Under the pieces are notes generated by a model. That model saw only the letters and a program-made list of their open reading frames with translations. It searched no databases and had not been told where the DNA came from. From a virus: 64,000 nucleotides of DNA. The DNA lies in the IMG/VR virus record IMGVR_UViG_3300032285_001268, positions 32,001 through 96,000 of that record, one strand, 5' to 3'. Below are positions 7,039 to 16,047 of the stretch, one piece after another. The first letter of the stretch is position 1; each line of letters opens with the position of its first letter. The position numbers were made by a program, and so were the translations under genes.

Positions 7039-7920
7039 ATGGTAGGTAAAGTCGTAACTAGTAAGATGCTAATGGCACTACAGCAAGATACCAAAAGCCT
7101 GGCCCAAGAGCCAGTTAAGAAAGACATCAGCACAGAGACTGATGAGCAGATCCTCAACCGTCTGCGTGATCGCTTTGAGATCTTAGATGACATGACCCGT
7201 GCAGTCAAGAAGGGCGATGTACGTGCTATGATCGTCACAGGCCCTCCAGGTGTGGGCAAGAGCTTTGGCGTTGAGAAAGTACTCAGCAAGCACGATGTGT
7301 TCGCTAACGTAGCAGACGACAAGAAGCTGAAGAAGTACGAAGTGGTCAAGGGTGCGATGAGCGCCATTGGCCTGTACTCTAAACTCTACGAATACTCAGA
7401 TAAGAAGTCAATCCTAGTATTCGACGACTGTGATAGCGTATTGCTTGATGACCTTAGCTTGAACATCTTGAAAGCCGCTCTGGATACCAGCAAGCGCCGT
7501 ATGATCCATTGGAACACAGACTCTAGGCTCTTGCGTTCAGAGGGTGTGCCCAACTCATTCGAGTTCAAGGGTGGTGCTATCTTTATTACCAACATCAAGT
7601 TCGATCACGTCAAGAGCAAGAAGCTACAGGATCACTTGGAAGCACTAGAGTCACGTTGCCACTACCTAGACTTGACTATCGATACAGAGCGTGAGAAGGT
7701 CCTGCGCATCAAGCAGGTAGTTACCGAGCACGGTATGTTAGATGACTATGAGCTGTCAGATGAAGCCAAGCTGGATGTGGTTGCGTTCGTAGATGCCAAC
7801 AAGCATCGCATGCGTGAGCTGAGCTTGCGTACAGTACTTAAGGTAGCAGACCTTAGAGCTAGCTTCCCGGACAAGTGGACTAGCGTAGCAGAGGTTACTT
7901 GTATGCGTGGCAGCCGCTAG
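7039..7920 (+). CDS. AAA+/P-loop ATPase
   Basis: Walker A GPPGVGKS, Walker B ILVFDD, sensor-like FITN, ALESR arginine finger. Confidence 0.85.
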   Translation: MVGKVVTSKMLMALQQDTKSLAQEPVKKDISTETDEQILNRLRDRFEILDDMTRAVKKGDVRAMIVTGPPGVGKSFGVEKVLSKHDVFANVADDKKLKKYEVVKGAMSAIGLYSKLYEYSDKKSILVFDDCDSVLLDDLSLNILKAALDTSKRRMIHWNTDSRLLRSEGVPNSFEFKGGAIFITNIKFDHVKSKKLQDHLEALESRCHYLDLTIDTEREKVLRIKQVVTEHGMLDDYELSDEAKLDVVAFVDANKHRMRELSLRTVLKVADLRASFPDKWTSVAEVTCMRGSR

Positions 7921-7992
7921 GGCTCAGACCCTACATGCCCGTGTAGAGTATACAGAGCAAGCCGGCCCAGACTGGCAGACTCTGTGCAGTGA

Positions 7993-8090
7993 GAACAACT
8001 GACGTGATTCGCTCCCACTAGGTTGTTCGGTAGTGTGGTCCCTGACACCGTAATTCCGATTCGCTCCCGGTTGTGTCAGGGATTTTTTTT
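7993..8090 (+). ncRNA. Candidate 3'-UTR-derived small RNA with two anti-RBS loops; the second hairpin doubles as an intrinsic terminator
   Basis: Hairpin 7993-8028 has loop ATTCGCTCC; hairpin 8039-8082 (10-bp stem) has a loop ending TTCGCTCC, followed by T8 (8083-8090). Confidence 0.65.
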
Positions 8091-8094
8091 GGCT

Positions 8095-8131
8095 GGGGTA
8101 ACCGGGGTGGTGGGGCCAATAGAGGGGTGGG
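8095..8131 (+). other. G-quadruplex-forming motif
   Basis: GGGG at 8095, 8104, 8112 and 8124 with loops of 5, 4 and 8 nt; intergenic. Confidence 0.5.
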
Positions 8132-8283
8132 AGGCTTATATGTTAGCAACTACTAACTTAGCTAGCTAGCGCATGGGTACCGAGCTTTTTTCCACCATCT
8201 AAAAGTTTAAGTACTTCTTTATAATTTTTTACGCGGCAATTTTTTTAGGCTGCAGGACCCATTTCGGGCTATATACTATTACT

Positions 8284-8466
8284 ATGAACAATCAAGACTA
8301 TAACCAAACTGTGCTTATACGTGGTCGTCTATATCGCTATGATCCGGACTTTGATGCCTATTATCGTGTACAGGAGCAGGAAGGTCCCGTGAGTCGTTGG
8401 GCTTGGATTGCCCTCTGTGCTCTGCTGGCCATCGTAGCTTTCTGCATAGAATTTCGTCCCCTATAA
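8284..8466 (+). CDS. Small membrane protein (60 aa)
   Basis: ORF with a C-terminal hydrophobic helix. Confidence 0.65.
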   Translation: MNNQDYNQTVLIRGRLYRYDPDFDAYYRVQEQEGPVSRWAWIALCALLAIVAFCIEFRPL

Positions 8467-8472
8467 GCTACT

Positions 8473-8697
8473 GTGCGCGAATACTACATACTCACGCTAG
8501 ATCCACGTGCCAGAGAAGTTATCACATGGATCGTTGATCACAATATCACCTGTGATGTACACCTTAATCGCACACGTTTTTGGGTTCCAGAAGGAGTATT
8601 ATCTACAGAGTTTCATCTACGCTTCAGTGACTGTTGTCCCCCTGTAGATCCCGCTGATGATCTACTCATTGGGCGCACACGCTACGGCCCATTCTAA
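8473..8697 (+). CDS. Hypothetical protein (74 aa)
   Basis: ORF track; follows the previous gene closely. Confidence 0.6.
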   Translation: MREYYILTLDPRAREVITWIVDHNITCDVHLNRTRFWVPEGVLSTEFHLRFSDCCPPVDPADDLLIGRTRYGPF

Positions 8698-9047
8698 CCA
8701 GCCAAAAGAAAAGCTCCACGAATAGAGCTTAAGGTTGCGGGCACGACCCGTATAGATGATCAAATTTTTACAACACTATGCGTTTGGTGGATTCTCCAAA
8801 TGGCACATTAGTTTGGTTCTCTTATACATAGTATACCCTCCCCTTGTTGTAATAGTATTTACAGATTACACCTAGATTACCGCGTCAAATGGGCTCGTTT
8901 TGCTCCATTAGATCTTTAACCAAATCAGGCCAATTAGGTAGCCTAGGGCAAAAGAGTATACCCCCAATAGCATCAACGCTAGGGGATATAACCAGTGATT
9001 TTCTACTATTTCTTTCAGTGTCATATGATTATTTACTATATACTAGC

Positions 9048-9266
9048 ATGAACACGCACATTTGGCTCACTAAACTCATCGCAGGATTGATCAGCATCTT
9101 TCAAGCTAGTACCTTAAGGGATAGGTATTATTCAGCTCTAAACAGAGTAGAGATCCTGGAAACTGCCCTAGAGGACATAGCTCGTATAAGTGAGTCTAGG
9201 GTAGATTCTAGTGAACGGCACAGGCTGATCAAGGGTATATGCGATAGAGGACTGGATCGAGAGTGA
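9048..9266 (+). CDS. Hypothetical protein (72 aa)
   Basis: Likely start MNTHIW at 9048, immediately after an AT-rich -10-like element. Confidence 0.55.
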   Translation: MNTHIWLTKLIAGLISIFQASTLRDRYYSALNRVEILETALEDIARISESRVDSSERHRLIKGICDRGLDRE

Positions 9267-9354
9267 ATCTTACTGCTAGCGGAACGCTGTGTTTCGCGTT
9301 TTACCGCTACGCTACTTCGTAGCTAGTCTAAAATTTTTCCGCTCGGCTTCGCCC

Positions 9355-9966
9355 TTAAAAATTTGCTGGGCCGCTCCGCTTAGTGTAAACACTCATGCAG
9401 ACTCCATCATTCACGTGAGTGCGTTCCAAATACCAAGTAGGAGTGCGAGTAGCAATCTCAGCCAGCTGTTCCTGCTTGTGTATTAAGACTAGGTGTGCAT
9501 CGTCAGTGGTATAGGCATCAGCTGTGTCTAAGATATAGAACAGGTGTTCAAGTCCAGTGGCGCCTGCGATCACGCTGGCTTTCTTTAGATAGTCATGTGC
9601 TTGGGGCATGGCTGCCCATTCAGCTTCGGTATCGTGCGGGGGATTGCTCATGACTAGGTCAAACTTGGGTGTGGCCACTTCGGGCCAAAAATTTGTGACC
9701 GTGTGTACGTTTAGATTAAGGGTCAGTCTGTTGACTCCCACGCACTGTGCCAGGGGTAGGTCTGTGGCCCATATACCTGCTCGGGGCCATTGTTTTTCAG
9801 CCCATAGAGCCATACAGCCCGTGCCCGTGCCTAGATCGGCTACGGCCTGCTTGGGAGGTAGATCTTTAAGGTGATCTATTAGTTCAGCCAGTTGGGGTAG
9901 GGGTAGGACCACATGCTCGGTGGCTGTTAAGACAAAATCATTCCAGTGTACTTGATATTCCATCAT
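9355..9966 (-). CDS. PrmC/HemK-like SAM-dependent methyltransferase
   Basis: DLGTGTG SAM motif, FDLVMSNPPH (NPPY-type) motif, AGATGL matching the GGxDGL region. Confidence 0.75.
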   Translation of the reverse strand: MMEYQVHWNDFVLTATEHVVLPLPQLAELIDHLKDLPPKQAVADLGTGTGCMALWAEKQWPRAGIWATDLPLAQCVGVNRLTLNLNVHTVTNFWPEVATPKFDLVMSNPPHDTEAEWAAMPQAHDYLKKASVIAGATGLEHLFYILDTADAYTTDDAHLVLIHKQEQLAEIATRTPTWYLERTHVNDGVCMSVYTKRSGPANF

Positions 9967-10011
9967 GTACTTATCGGCCTGACCCCCAGGGTAGATCTGA
10001 TCCTGAGCGGG

Positions 10012-10308
10012 CTAGCCCCACTGTAGTAGGAATAGGGTCTTGTTACGGCTCTGTCTAAATGCCACACAGGCCTGCCAGTATTCTTGTGCTTGACATGTTG
10101 AGTAGGCCCATTCTACCCAATGTGGGCCAGTGTACTTGGTCAGCCAGGATTCTAGTTCAGTGATGTTGTTGATCCAATCCTCTTGATAGTGCAAGGGACG
10201 GTGAGGCCATGGTACTATGGCTAGATGCTCAAAATTATGGTATTCAGGCAAATACATCATACAGTGATAGTTCAATGTACAAGTATTTAATTCCTGATGT
10301 CCTGCCAA
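10012..10308 (-). CDS. Hypothetical protein (98 aa, Trp-rich)
   Basis: ORF in the minus-strand gene run. Confidence 0.6.
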   Translation of the reverse strand: MAGHQELNTCTLNYHCMMYLPEYHNFEHLAIVPWPHRPLHYQEDWINNITELESWLTKYTGPHWVEWAYSTCQAQEYWQACVAFRQSRNKTLFLLQWG

Positions 10309-11163
10309 TTAAGTGGTAGTTTTAAAATGCGCCTGTTGTGCCTGGCGTATCTTGGCCAATATGCCGGGATCTGTTGCACTGGCCTTGCGGTGTTCAGCTA
10401 AGAGTTCCGGGTCAATTTCGTAACTGCACCATTCCTGATCTCCTAGGGCAAGGTCGTTCAACATGTCGTCCAGGAATCCTTGACCTAGATCCACACGCTG
10501 ATCAGTCTCGAATGCCTCGGCTAGTTTATCGGTTAGGACCAGATGATTGCTCAAGCACAGATGATTGTAACGGAAATCCACATAGGTTATCAAGCGACTG
10601 TAGTAGTCCTTGCCAGCCAATTGGTCAGATTCATTTTCACTGACAGTACATAGATCACCCCAGCTGACATGTATACTGGGAAAACTTCTGCTGGCGCCTA
10701 TTTGAAATTGGAAACCCAGCAGGACCTGTGGCTTGCGCAGTCCCCTTATCTGTATCATCTGGCTTAGCCATGCCAGTCTTTGTTCTACGCTGTCTTGATC
10801 CAGCACTGGATCTTGTAGGCGCTCTGTATAGAGTTTGGCTGCTTCGAACCAAGGTTTCAACCCGATCTCTTTAAACTTCCAGATGTACTCGTAACGGCTA
10901 ATTTCCGGATAATCTCTGTGATACCATTTACGTGCAGGGTGCGTTAGTACTACCACTAGATAGTCTTCCGGTAGCATATCGGGTATCAGCTGATGCAGTT
11001 GACGCCAGGCCCATTCTTGGCTGGTTCCACGTTGGCTCTTGTTGACTATTTCTTCTACGCCCAGACTTTCAGCTAACCGGCACATCCAAGTGCGTGGGTC
11101 TATATCTTTGTCTTTTTCGGCTGCACTGCTGTAGCTGTCACCAATAATATACAGTTTGCTCAT
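10309..11163 (-). CDS. Putative SGNH/GDSL-like hydrolase-fold protein
   Basis: N-terminal LYIIGDSYS and a downstream G-T-S block; weak. Confidence 0.45.
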   Translation of the reverse strand: MSKLYIIGDSYSSAAEKDKDIDPRTWMCRLAESLGVEEIVNKSQRGTSQEWAWRQLHQLIPDMLPEDYLVVVLTHPARKWYHRDYPEISRYEYIWKFKEIGLKPWFEAAKLYTERLQDPVLDQDSVEQRLAWLSQMIQIRGLRKPQVLLGFQFQIGASRSFPSIHVSWGDLCTVSENESDQLAGKDYYSRLITYVDFRYNHLCLSNHLVLTDKLAEAFETDQRVDLGQGFLDDMLNDLALGDQEWCSYEIDPELLAEHRKASATDPGILAKIRQAQQAHFKTTT

Positions 11164-11167
11164 GCAA

Positions 11168-11629
11168 TTAATTATCTTGCTTGACTGCGTCTCTGCTGTA
11201 GTATTGATAGTTTACTGATGTGGAATTTTCACGTAGGGTAACGGCACCGTTCTTATGATGGAAACGACGAGCCATTTCTGTCTGTGGACTGAGCGTGACA
11301 ATGGCCTTGATGTCCTTGTACTCTTGCTTGAGCCATTCAGCGGCCTGCTTGATTAACTTTTGACCTGCACCCGGACTATAACTCCAAATGGTGTAGAATA
11401 CTGCCACATCCTTGGTATGTCCCAGCTCGACTAGATCAGCTTCATCTTCTGGAATTTCTGTCAGCCACTGCATACAGGTAGCGGCCAAGATCTCTTCTCC
11501 TGCTTTTAGCAAGAGTATTTCGGCCGTTTCGTTAATACGTTGTTCCAACGGGATATGTGGTCGCACCGGATCATCTTTGATCACATGTGCTAGAGGATCA
11601 TTGAGGTCAGTGACGTGGTGCAGTTCCAT
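11168..11629 (-). CDS. GNAT-fold protein resembling the malonyl-CoA decarboxylase catalytic domain
   Basis: AVFYTIWSYSPGAGQKLIK...AIVTLSP...ARRFHHKNG. Confidence 0.5.
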   Translation of the reverse strand: MELHHVTDLNDPLAHVIKDDPVRPHIPLEQRINETAEILLLKAGEEILAATCMQWLTEIPEDEADLVELGHTKDVAVFYTIWSYSPGAGQKLIKQAAEWLKQEYKDIKAIVTLSPQTEMARRFHHKNGAVTLRENSTSVNYQYYSRDAVKQDN

Positions 11630-11677
11630 AAAGTTTTCCTTGATTATTATATGCGTATTTATTAATTCAAGGAAAAA

Positions 11678-13093
11678 TCAAAGGTCATCGCCTGGCAAGT
11701 TGTTGATCAACTCACGAAGTTTACTGCTCTCCACTGTGGCACGTACCTTGGGTGCTGGTGCACCATCTGTTAGTATTTCACCGGTACTTGGTACGATTGT
11801 TTGACGTTGTTTGATACTGTTGAGTAGACTTGATCCTGCCGATTGGCTGTTGTGACTACCGTACCCATCTTCTTCTGCTAGGTCACTGATGCGTAGACTG
11901 TCAATGTCAAACTCCAGATCAATTTTCTGTCCAACACCACTACTACTACGTGTCTTCATCAGTTGTATTTGATAGCGTCCACGCTCACGCATAGCACGGC
12001 TAGTAAAAATACCAAACACGTTATCTGCTGTTTGGATCTTACTTAATCCGCCTGAAATATGACTGTGGTCAAACTCTACTTCTTCCACAGCACCACGATT
12101 CAACTGTGCGGCTGTGACAAACACACAGTTCTTTTCTACTGCTAGATTACGCAGTTCTTCACTGACATACTTGTCCTTGATAAACAAGTCTGCTGGGCTG
12201 ATTTTCTTGCTGATAGGCATCAACAAGTCCAAGTAGTCAACTAAGAGTACATCGACCTTACGGTCCATCTTAATTTCATATTCTTTCAAATAACTACGGA
12301 GATCATTGGCTGTTTTGCCGCTGGGCATGTATTTGACTTGATAAGTTCCGCTCTTCTTACCAATCATTTTAACTTTCATTTCAACGTCATCAAGATTCTT
12401 AAAAATCTCTTTTGTAGGCATACCAGTTATCATAGCATCCATACGCATTGACACTAGTTCTTCTGAAAGTTCAAGTGTTAGGTACACGACATTTAGCCCT
12501 GCCAGTGCCCAGTTCACACCTAGGTTCGCTAGGAATAGCGATTTACCTGCACCTGATCCGCCTGCGAAAATATTCAATTCGCCTCTGTTCATACCACCGA
12601 ACAATTTGTCGTCTACTGATTTCCAACCTGTAGTAACTTGTCCGTTTTTATCTTTGATCTTCATTAGACGTGCTCTAGGGTCAGCAAAGTAATCTGTACC
12701 CATGTCTTTTTGCAGGCCTACCTGTATGGCCTGTTTGATCTTGTCTTCGACAGGACCGTATTCGCCTTTTTCCAGCAGGTCTGCACTTTCAAGAATTGCA
12801 CGTTCTAGACCTTTGTGTCGAATAAAGTTTTCAAACTCTACCAACAACCAATCGTAGTTCTTTTCTTTTAGATCTTGCGGATATTTGAGATCTACACCCA
12901 TTGCGGCATTGACGATATCATATGTGGGTAGCACATTGTATTCTTCAACGTACTTGTTGACAAACTCTGCACTTTCTTGCAAACGTCTATCAAATAGTGT
13001 GTGGTCAAAAATGCTTTGGCACCGAACAAATGTTGCGGCATCACTGAGCATCATTTCCAAGTATAATTTTTGTATATCGTAACCGTATTCCAT
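11678..13093 (-). CDS. gp41: Replicative DnaB-like helicase (T4 gp41-like)
   Basis: Walker A GGSGAGKS, LLVDYLD, TAAQLNR, LMKTR. Confidence 0.92.
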   Translation of the reverse strand: MEYGYDIQKLYLEMMLSDAATFVRCQSIFDHTLFDRRLQESAEFVNKYVEEYNVLPTYDIVNAAMGVDLKYPQDLKEKNYDWLLVEFENFIRHKGLERAILESADLLEKGEYGPVEDKIKQAIQVGLQKDMGTDYFADPRARLMKIKDKNGQVTTGWKSVDDKLFGGMNRGELNIFAGGSGAGKSLFLANLGVNWALAGLNVVYLTLELSEELVSMRMDAMITGMPTKEIFKNLDDVEMKVKMIGKKSGTYQVKYMPSGKTANDLRSYLKEYEIKMDRKVDVLLVDYLDLLMPISKKISPADLFIKDKYVSEELRNLAVEKNCVFVTAAQLNRGAVEEVEFDHSHISGGLSKIQTADNVFGIFTSRAMRERGRYQIQLMKTRSSSGVGQKIDLEFDIDSLRISDLAEEDGYGSHNSQSAGSSLLNSIKQRQTIVPSTGEILTDGAPAPKVRATVESSKLRELINNLPGDDL

Positions 13094-13111
13094 GTGTATA
13101 TTATAATGCCT

Positions 13112-14068
13112 TTAGATATTGATTTCAAGATGTTTGACAGGATCCCAGTGCCAGTTCCACTCGCGCTGTTTAGTATGATACAGCACCGATCCAATTGCTG
13201 AACTAGGATCTCCTGGATTAGGCAAACTCCAACGATATTTGAACATAGGTTCAACATATTTCTTATTAGCACGACTGTTCATAGCACAACCGCCCATGTA
13301 GACCAAACAGTCGGCATTGGTATATAACTTGGCAGTGGTCATTACTAGTTCCACTTGTTCTTCAAATACCTGTTGTACAGCCGCGGCTAGATCGCATTGT
13401 TCTTGTAGTGTAGTTAGTTCACCGTGATCCCAATTCAATACACCACGATGAAAATTGGTGTTTAATTCTAGTACTGTACCTGGATTAAAATAACTTCTGA
13501 CATAGTGTAAGAATCTGTTCGGATCACCTTGTTCGGCCATTTGCTGTAGCAAGAATTCGTCTCGGATAGGAGTTAATCCAACAAACTGAGTAAACGCTGA
13601 ATAGAACAAGCCCAAACTATGTGGATAACTACGACTCCACACTTTGGTCATTTCGCCGTGGACGCAGTTCCAAATTGTGGCACATTCAAACTCTCCGATA
13701 GCATCTAACACTACCACTGCCGCATGATTAAATGGACTAGTATAGTAACCTGCTGCCGCATGGCTACCATGGTGAGGTGTGTATCTGACTTTTGCATATT
13801 TTAATGCATTCCTCTTGATCCATTTGCTGGGCAATACGTCCAAGTTGGCCGCAGTATGGTATTGGCCAGCATAGACTTGGCGAGCTTTTTTAACCCACGG
13901 ACGTTCGTACCAAAATATACTACTAGGTCCGCCTGCACGATCTAATGCGTTAGTGATTAGACGTCGATCCATCCGGTCATTACTACTGGTTTCAAAACTG
14001 ACTAATCTATCAGTAAACACAGCAATACTACTGCCGTGATTGAGTGCGTTTATGCCCCAGTAAGTCAT
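13112..14068 (-). CDS. Carbamoyltransferase, N-terminal (Kae1-like) domain only
   Basis: HHGSHAAAGYYTSPF, VLDAIGE, GGCAMNSRAN, PGDPSSAIG; no C-terminal YrdC-like domain. Confidence 0.85.
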   Translation of the reverse strand: MTYWGINALNHGSSIAVFTDRLVSFETSSNDRMDRRLITNALDRAGGPSSIFWYERPWVKKARQVYAGQYHTAANLDVLPSKWIKRNALKYAKVRYTPHHGSHAAAGYYTSPFNHAAVVVLDAIGEFECATIWNCVHGEMTKVWSRSYPHSLGLFYSAFTQFVGLTPIRDEFLLQQMAEQGDPNRFLHYVRSYFNPGTVLELNTNFHRGVLNWDHGELTTLQEQCDLAAAVQQVFEEQVELVMTTAKLYTNADCLVYMGGCAMNSRANKKYVEPMFKYRWSLPNPGDPSSAIGSVLYHTKQREWNWHWDPVKHLEINI

Positions 14069-14178
14069 TTGTAGATAAATGGATCACGTTTGCGTAGCTC
14101 TTCAAGTCTACGTTTCATGTCTTTGCGTTCTTTATACCAACGCATCGGCCATAAGATAAAATCAATTATTTTTTTCAT
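14065..14178 (-). CDS. Small conserved T4-like phage protein (37 aa, ...LRKRDPFIYK)
   Basis: Manual translation MKKIIDFILWPMRWYKERKDMKRRLEELRKRDPFIYK*; couples primase to the next gene. Confidence 0.65.
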   Translation of the reverse strand: MKKIIDFILWPMRWYKERKDMKRRLEELRKRDPFIYK

Positions 14179-15151
14179 ATTCTTTAAACCAAGTTTTGGC
14201 CCTTAATCTAATTTTTAATTCATTGCTTTCTCGGCTAGATGCAATAAGATATAAAGTTGCTAGTCTACCAAGTTTCATTACAGCATCGTTAACGTCTTTA
14301 ACACCTTCAGGCCAATTGGGCATACTGACTGACCACCCATATTCAATTGCCTGTTCTACAGTCCTAGGACCTTCATGATCTTTATCTGGGACTAAGACAA
14401 TTTCTTTGCCTAGCTGTTTTAACTGCCAGTTTTGACTGTCCTTAATCTCAGCACCCAACAGAGCACAAGCATCTATACTTATTGCGTCAAATGGGCCTTC
14501 ACAAACAATCGTGAACTCTCTATCATCATGCTGACTATCTATGTTAAACAAGTATCCTGGCTGTTGCTCACTGATATATTTAGGTTTAGCGTCACCTATG
14601 GCACGGGCAGTATATCCCACAACAATATTGTCTTTGTAAAATGGAATAATAACCCTATTGCTAAACCCTACTTTAGGAGTCCAGTAAAACGGATAGTCGT
14701 CTAAGTATAAATTTCTATTGGCAAGATACTCTAACACTGGAGCAAGTTTATCAATCAACGATGACGATTTATTTGTCCACTCAGTTATTGGTTCACTGTC
14801 TATTGGTAAAGTTCTAGATTCAAATTTAGGAATGATTGTACGAACTTCTGCGCTATTGCTATCATCTAATCGTAGAGCTTCAAGGCGTAACTGTCCAATA
14901 ACATCATCGGGGATATTTAAATCCCGCATGAACTTGCTCATGTTCTTGCTGATATGTCTGCCTGGTTGCCAACTGCATTTGAATCCACAGTTAAAGCAAT
15001 GATAACTTACAGCATCTCCGCCGTTGATAATAAAGCCGCCACGCTGGCGTTTGTCTTGACAACAGACAGCATTAAAACTTATCCAACCACTTGGAGTTTG
15101 TTTTCGCTTTGCAGGCAGATATGCTGTTAGAGTGTCAGATATTAGGCTCAT
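14162..15151 (-). CDS. gp61: DNA primase (Zn-ribbon + TOPRIM; gp61-like)
   Basis: CC...YHCFNCG zinc ribbon, CEGPFDA and DKD TOPRIM motifs, KDVNDA. Confidence 0.88.
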   Translation of the reverse strand: MSLISDTLTAYLPAKRKQTPSGWISFNAVCCQDKRQRGGFIINGGDAVSYHCFNCGFKCSWQPGRHISKNMSKFMRDLNIPDDVIGQLRLEALRLDDSNSAEVRTIIPKFESRTLPIDSEPITEWTNKSSSLIDKLAPVLEYLANRNLYLDDYPFYWTPKVGFSNRVIIPFYKDNIVVGYTARAIGDAKPKYISEQQPGYLFNIDSQHDDREFTIVCEGPFDAISIDACALLGAEIKDSQNWQLKQLGKEIVLVPDKDHEGPRTVEQAIEYGWSVSMPNWPEGVKDVNDAVMKLGRLATLYLIASSRESNELKIRLRAKTWFKEYEKNN

Positions 15152-15162
15152 GCCTAATTATA

Positions 15163-16047
15163 CTAGGAAACAGTTATAAGATCAACCTTTCCGGGCCCAT
15201 TGTCTGTACTGTATCCACTGTAGATAGTTGTAAAGCCATATTGAGCACTAGTAGGACCTGGCCAATGCCAAGTTACTCGGAAGTAGTTGGCAGTACCAAC
15301 TGATTGAGTTACTGTTATAGTCTGAGCAAGTGATGTTGGTACGCCACCGCTTTCGTTTGAAAAGATCTGAGTTGATGTTGCTTTTTGTGGTTGCCAACTA
15401 GATTGGCTAATAGTCATGTCCGGTGTAGATTCTATGATAACCGTTCCTAAAAATCCGCTAGTAATATGTACAGCGAATGTCAGTGAAGTAGTTGCTTCAG
15501 CTTCATAGAATTTTGCAGGGATGGCGCTGGAATGATGCAGGACATTTCCAGATAAATCTATTTCACCTACAAAGTCTTTATATGTTCTAGGTGCTCGTGT
15601 TGTAGGAACAGCACTACCTACTAGATCTATTTTACCCAATGCACCAAATCTGCTGTCTGCATACAATGGCACTGTTGCACTGCCTTTAGTAGCAGTTACA
15701 GAGAAGTTTAAAAACTGTTGGTTAAGACTGGCTAAGTCTGCCGCAGGAATAGTAACAGATGCAATGCCTTTTACAGTACCCGATGGAGTTAATGTATAGG
15801 GAGTGTTACCAACAGCGTTGCCACTTTCATCCATGATGTTGAGATGTAAGTTGGTAATGTCGGGGCTAGTTACTAGCTCTAAGCGTTTTTGATCAGCGTT
15901 CTTAATGTCAAATTCTAAGACATTATCAACACCTTTATATAGTCGAACTGTTCTCTGATACACGTTTGTATACTCCGTAGTAAATCCTGCCAAATCGGCT
16001 AATAGTTGGATTCTATTAGGATATAAATAACTTGATATTTTTTGCAT
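15163..16047 (-). CDS. Hypothetical beta-rich protein, possibly virion-associated
   Basis: 294-aa ORF preceded by ATAAATA late-type promoter (16066-16072). Confidence 0.6.
   Translation of the reverse strand: MQKISSYLYPNRIQLLADLAGFTTEYTNVYQRTVRLYKGVDNVLEFDIKNADQKRLELVTSPDITNLHLNIMDESGNAVGNTPYTLTPSGTVKGIASVTIPAADLASLNQQFLNFSVTATKGSATVPLYADSRFGALGKIDLVGSAVPTTRAPRTYKDFVGEIDLSGNVLHHSSAIPAKFYEAEATTSLTFAVHITSGFLGTVIIESTPDMTISQSSWQPQKATSTQIFSNESGGVPTSLAQTITVTQSVGTANYFRVTWHWPGPTSAQYGFTTIYSGYSTDNGPGKVDLITVS

Noticed and set aside
8670-8830. Minus-strand RBS-led 17-codon ORF (MYKRTKLMCHLENPPNA) ending in TAG, suggesting stop-codon recoding
   Set aside because: Long genes are intact under code 11, TAG terminates clear genes (e.g. 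7920), and no suppressor tRNA is present.
9270-9350. Paired stems (TAGCGG-AACGC/GCGTT-CCGCTA; GCTA-CTTCG-TAGC) between convergent genes
   Set aside because: Adequately explained as termination structures at the strand switch; no independent promoter.
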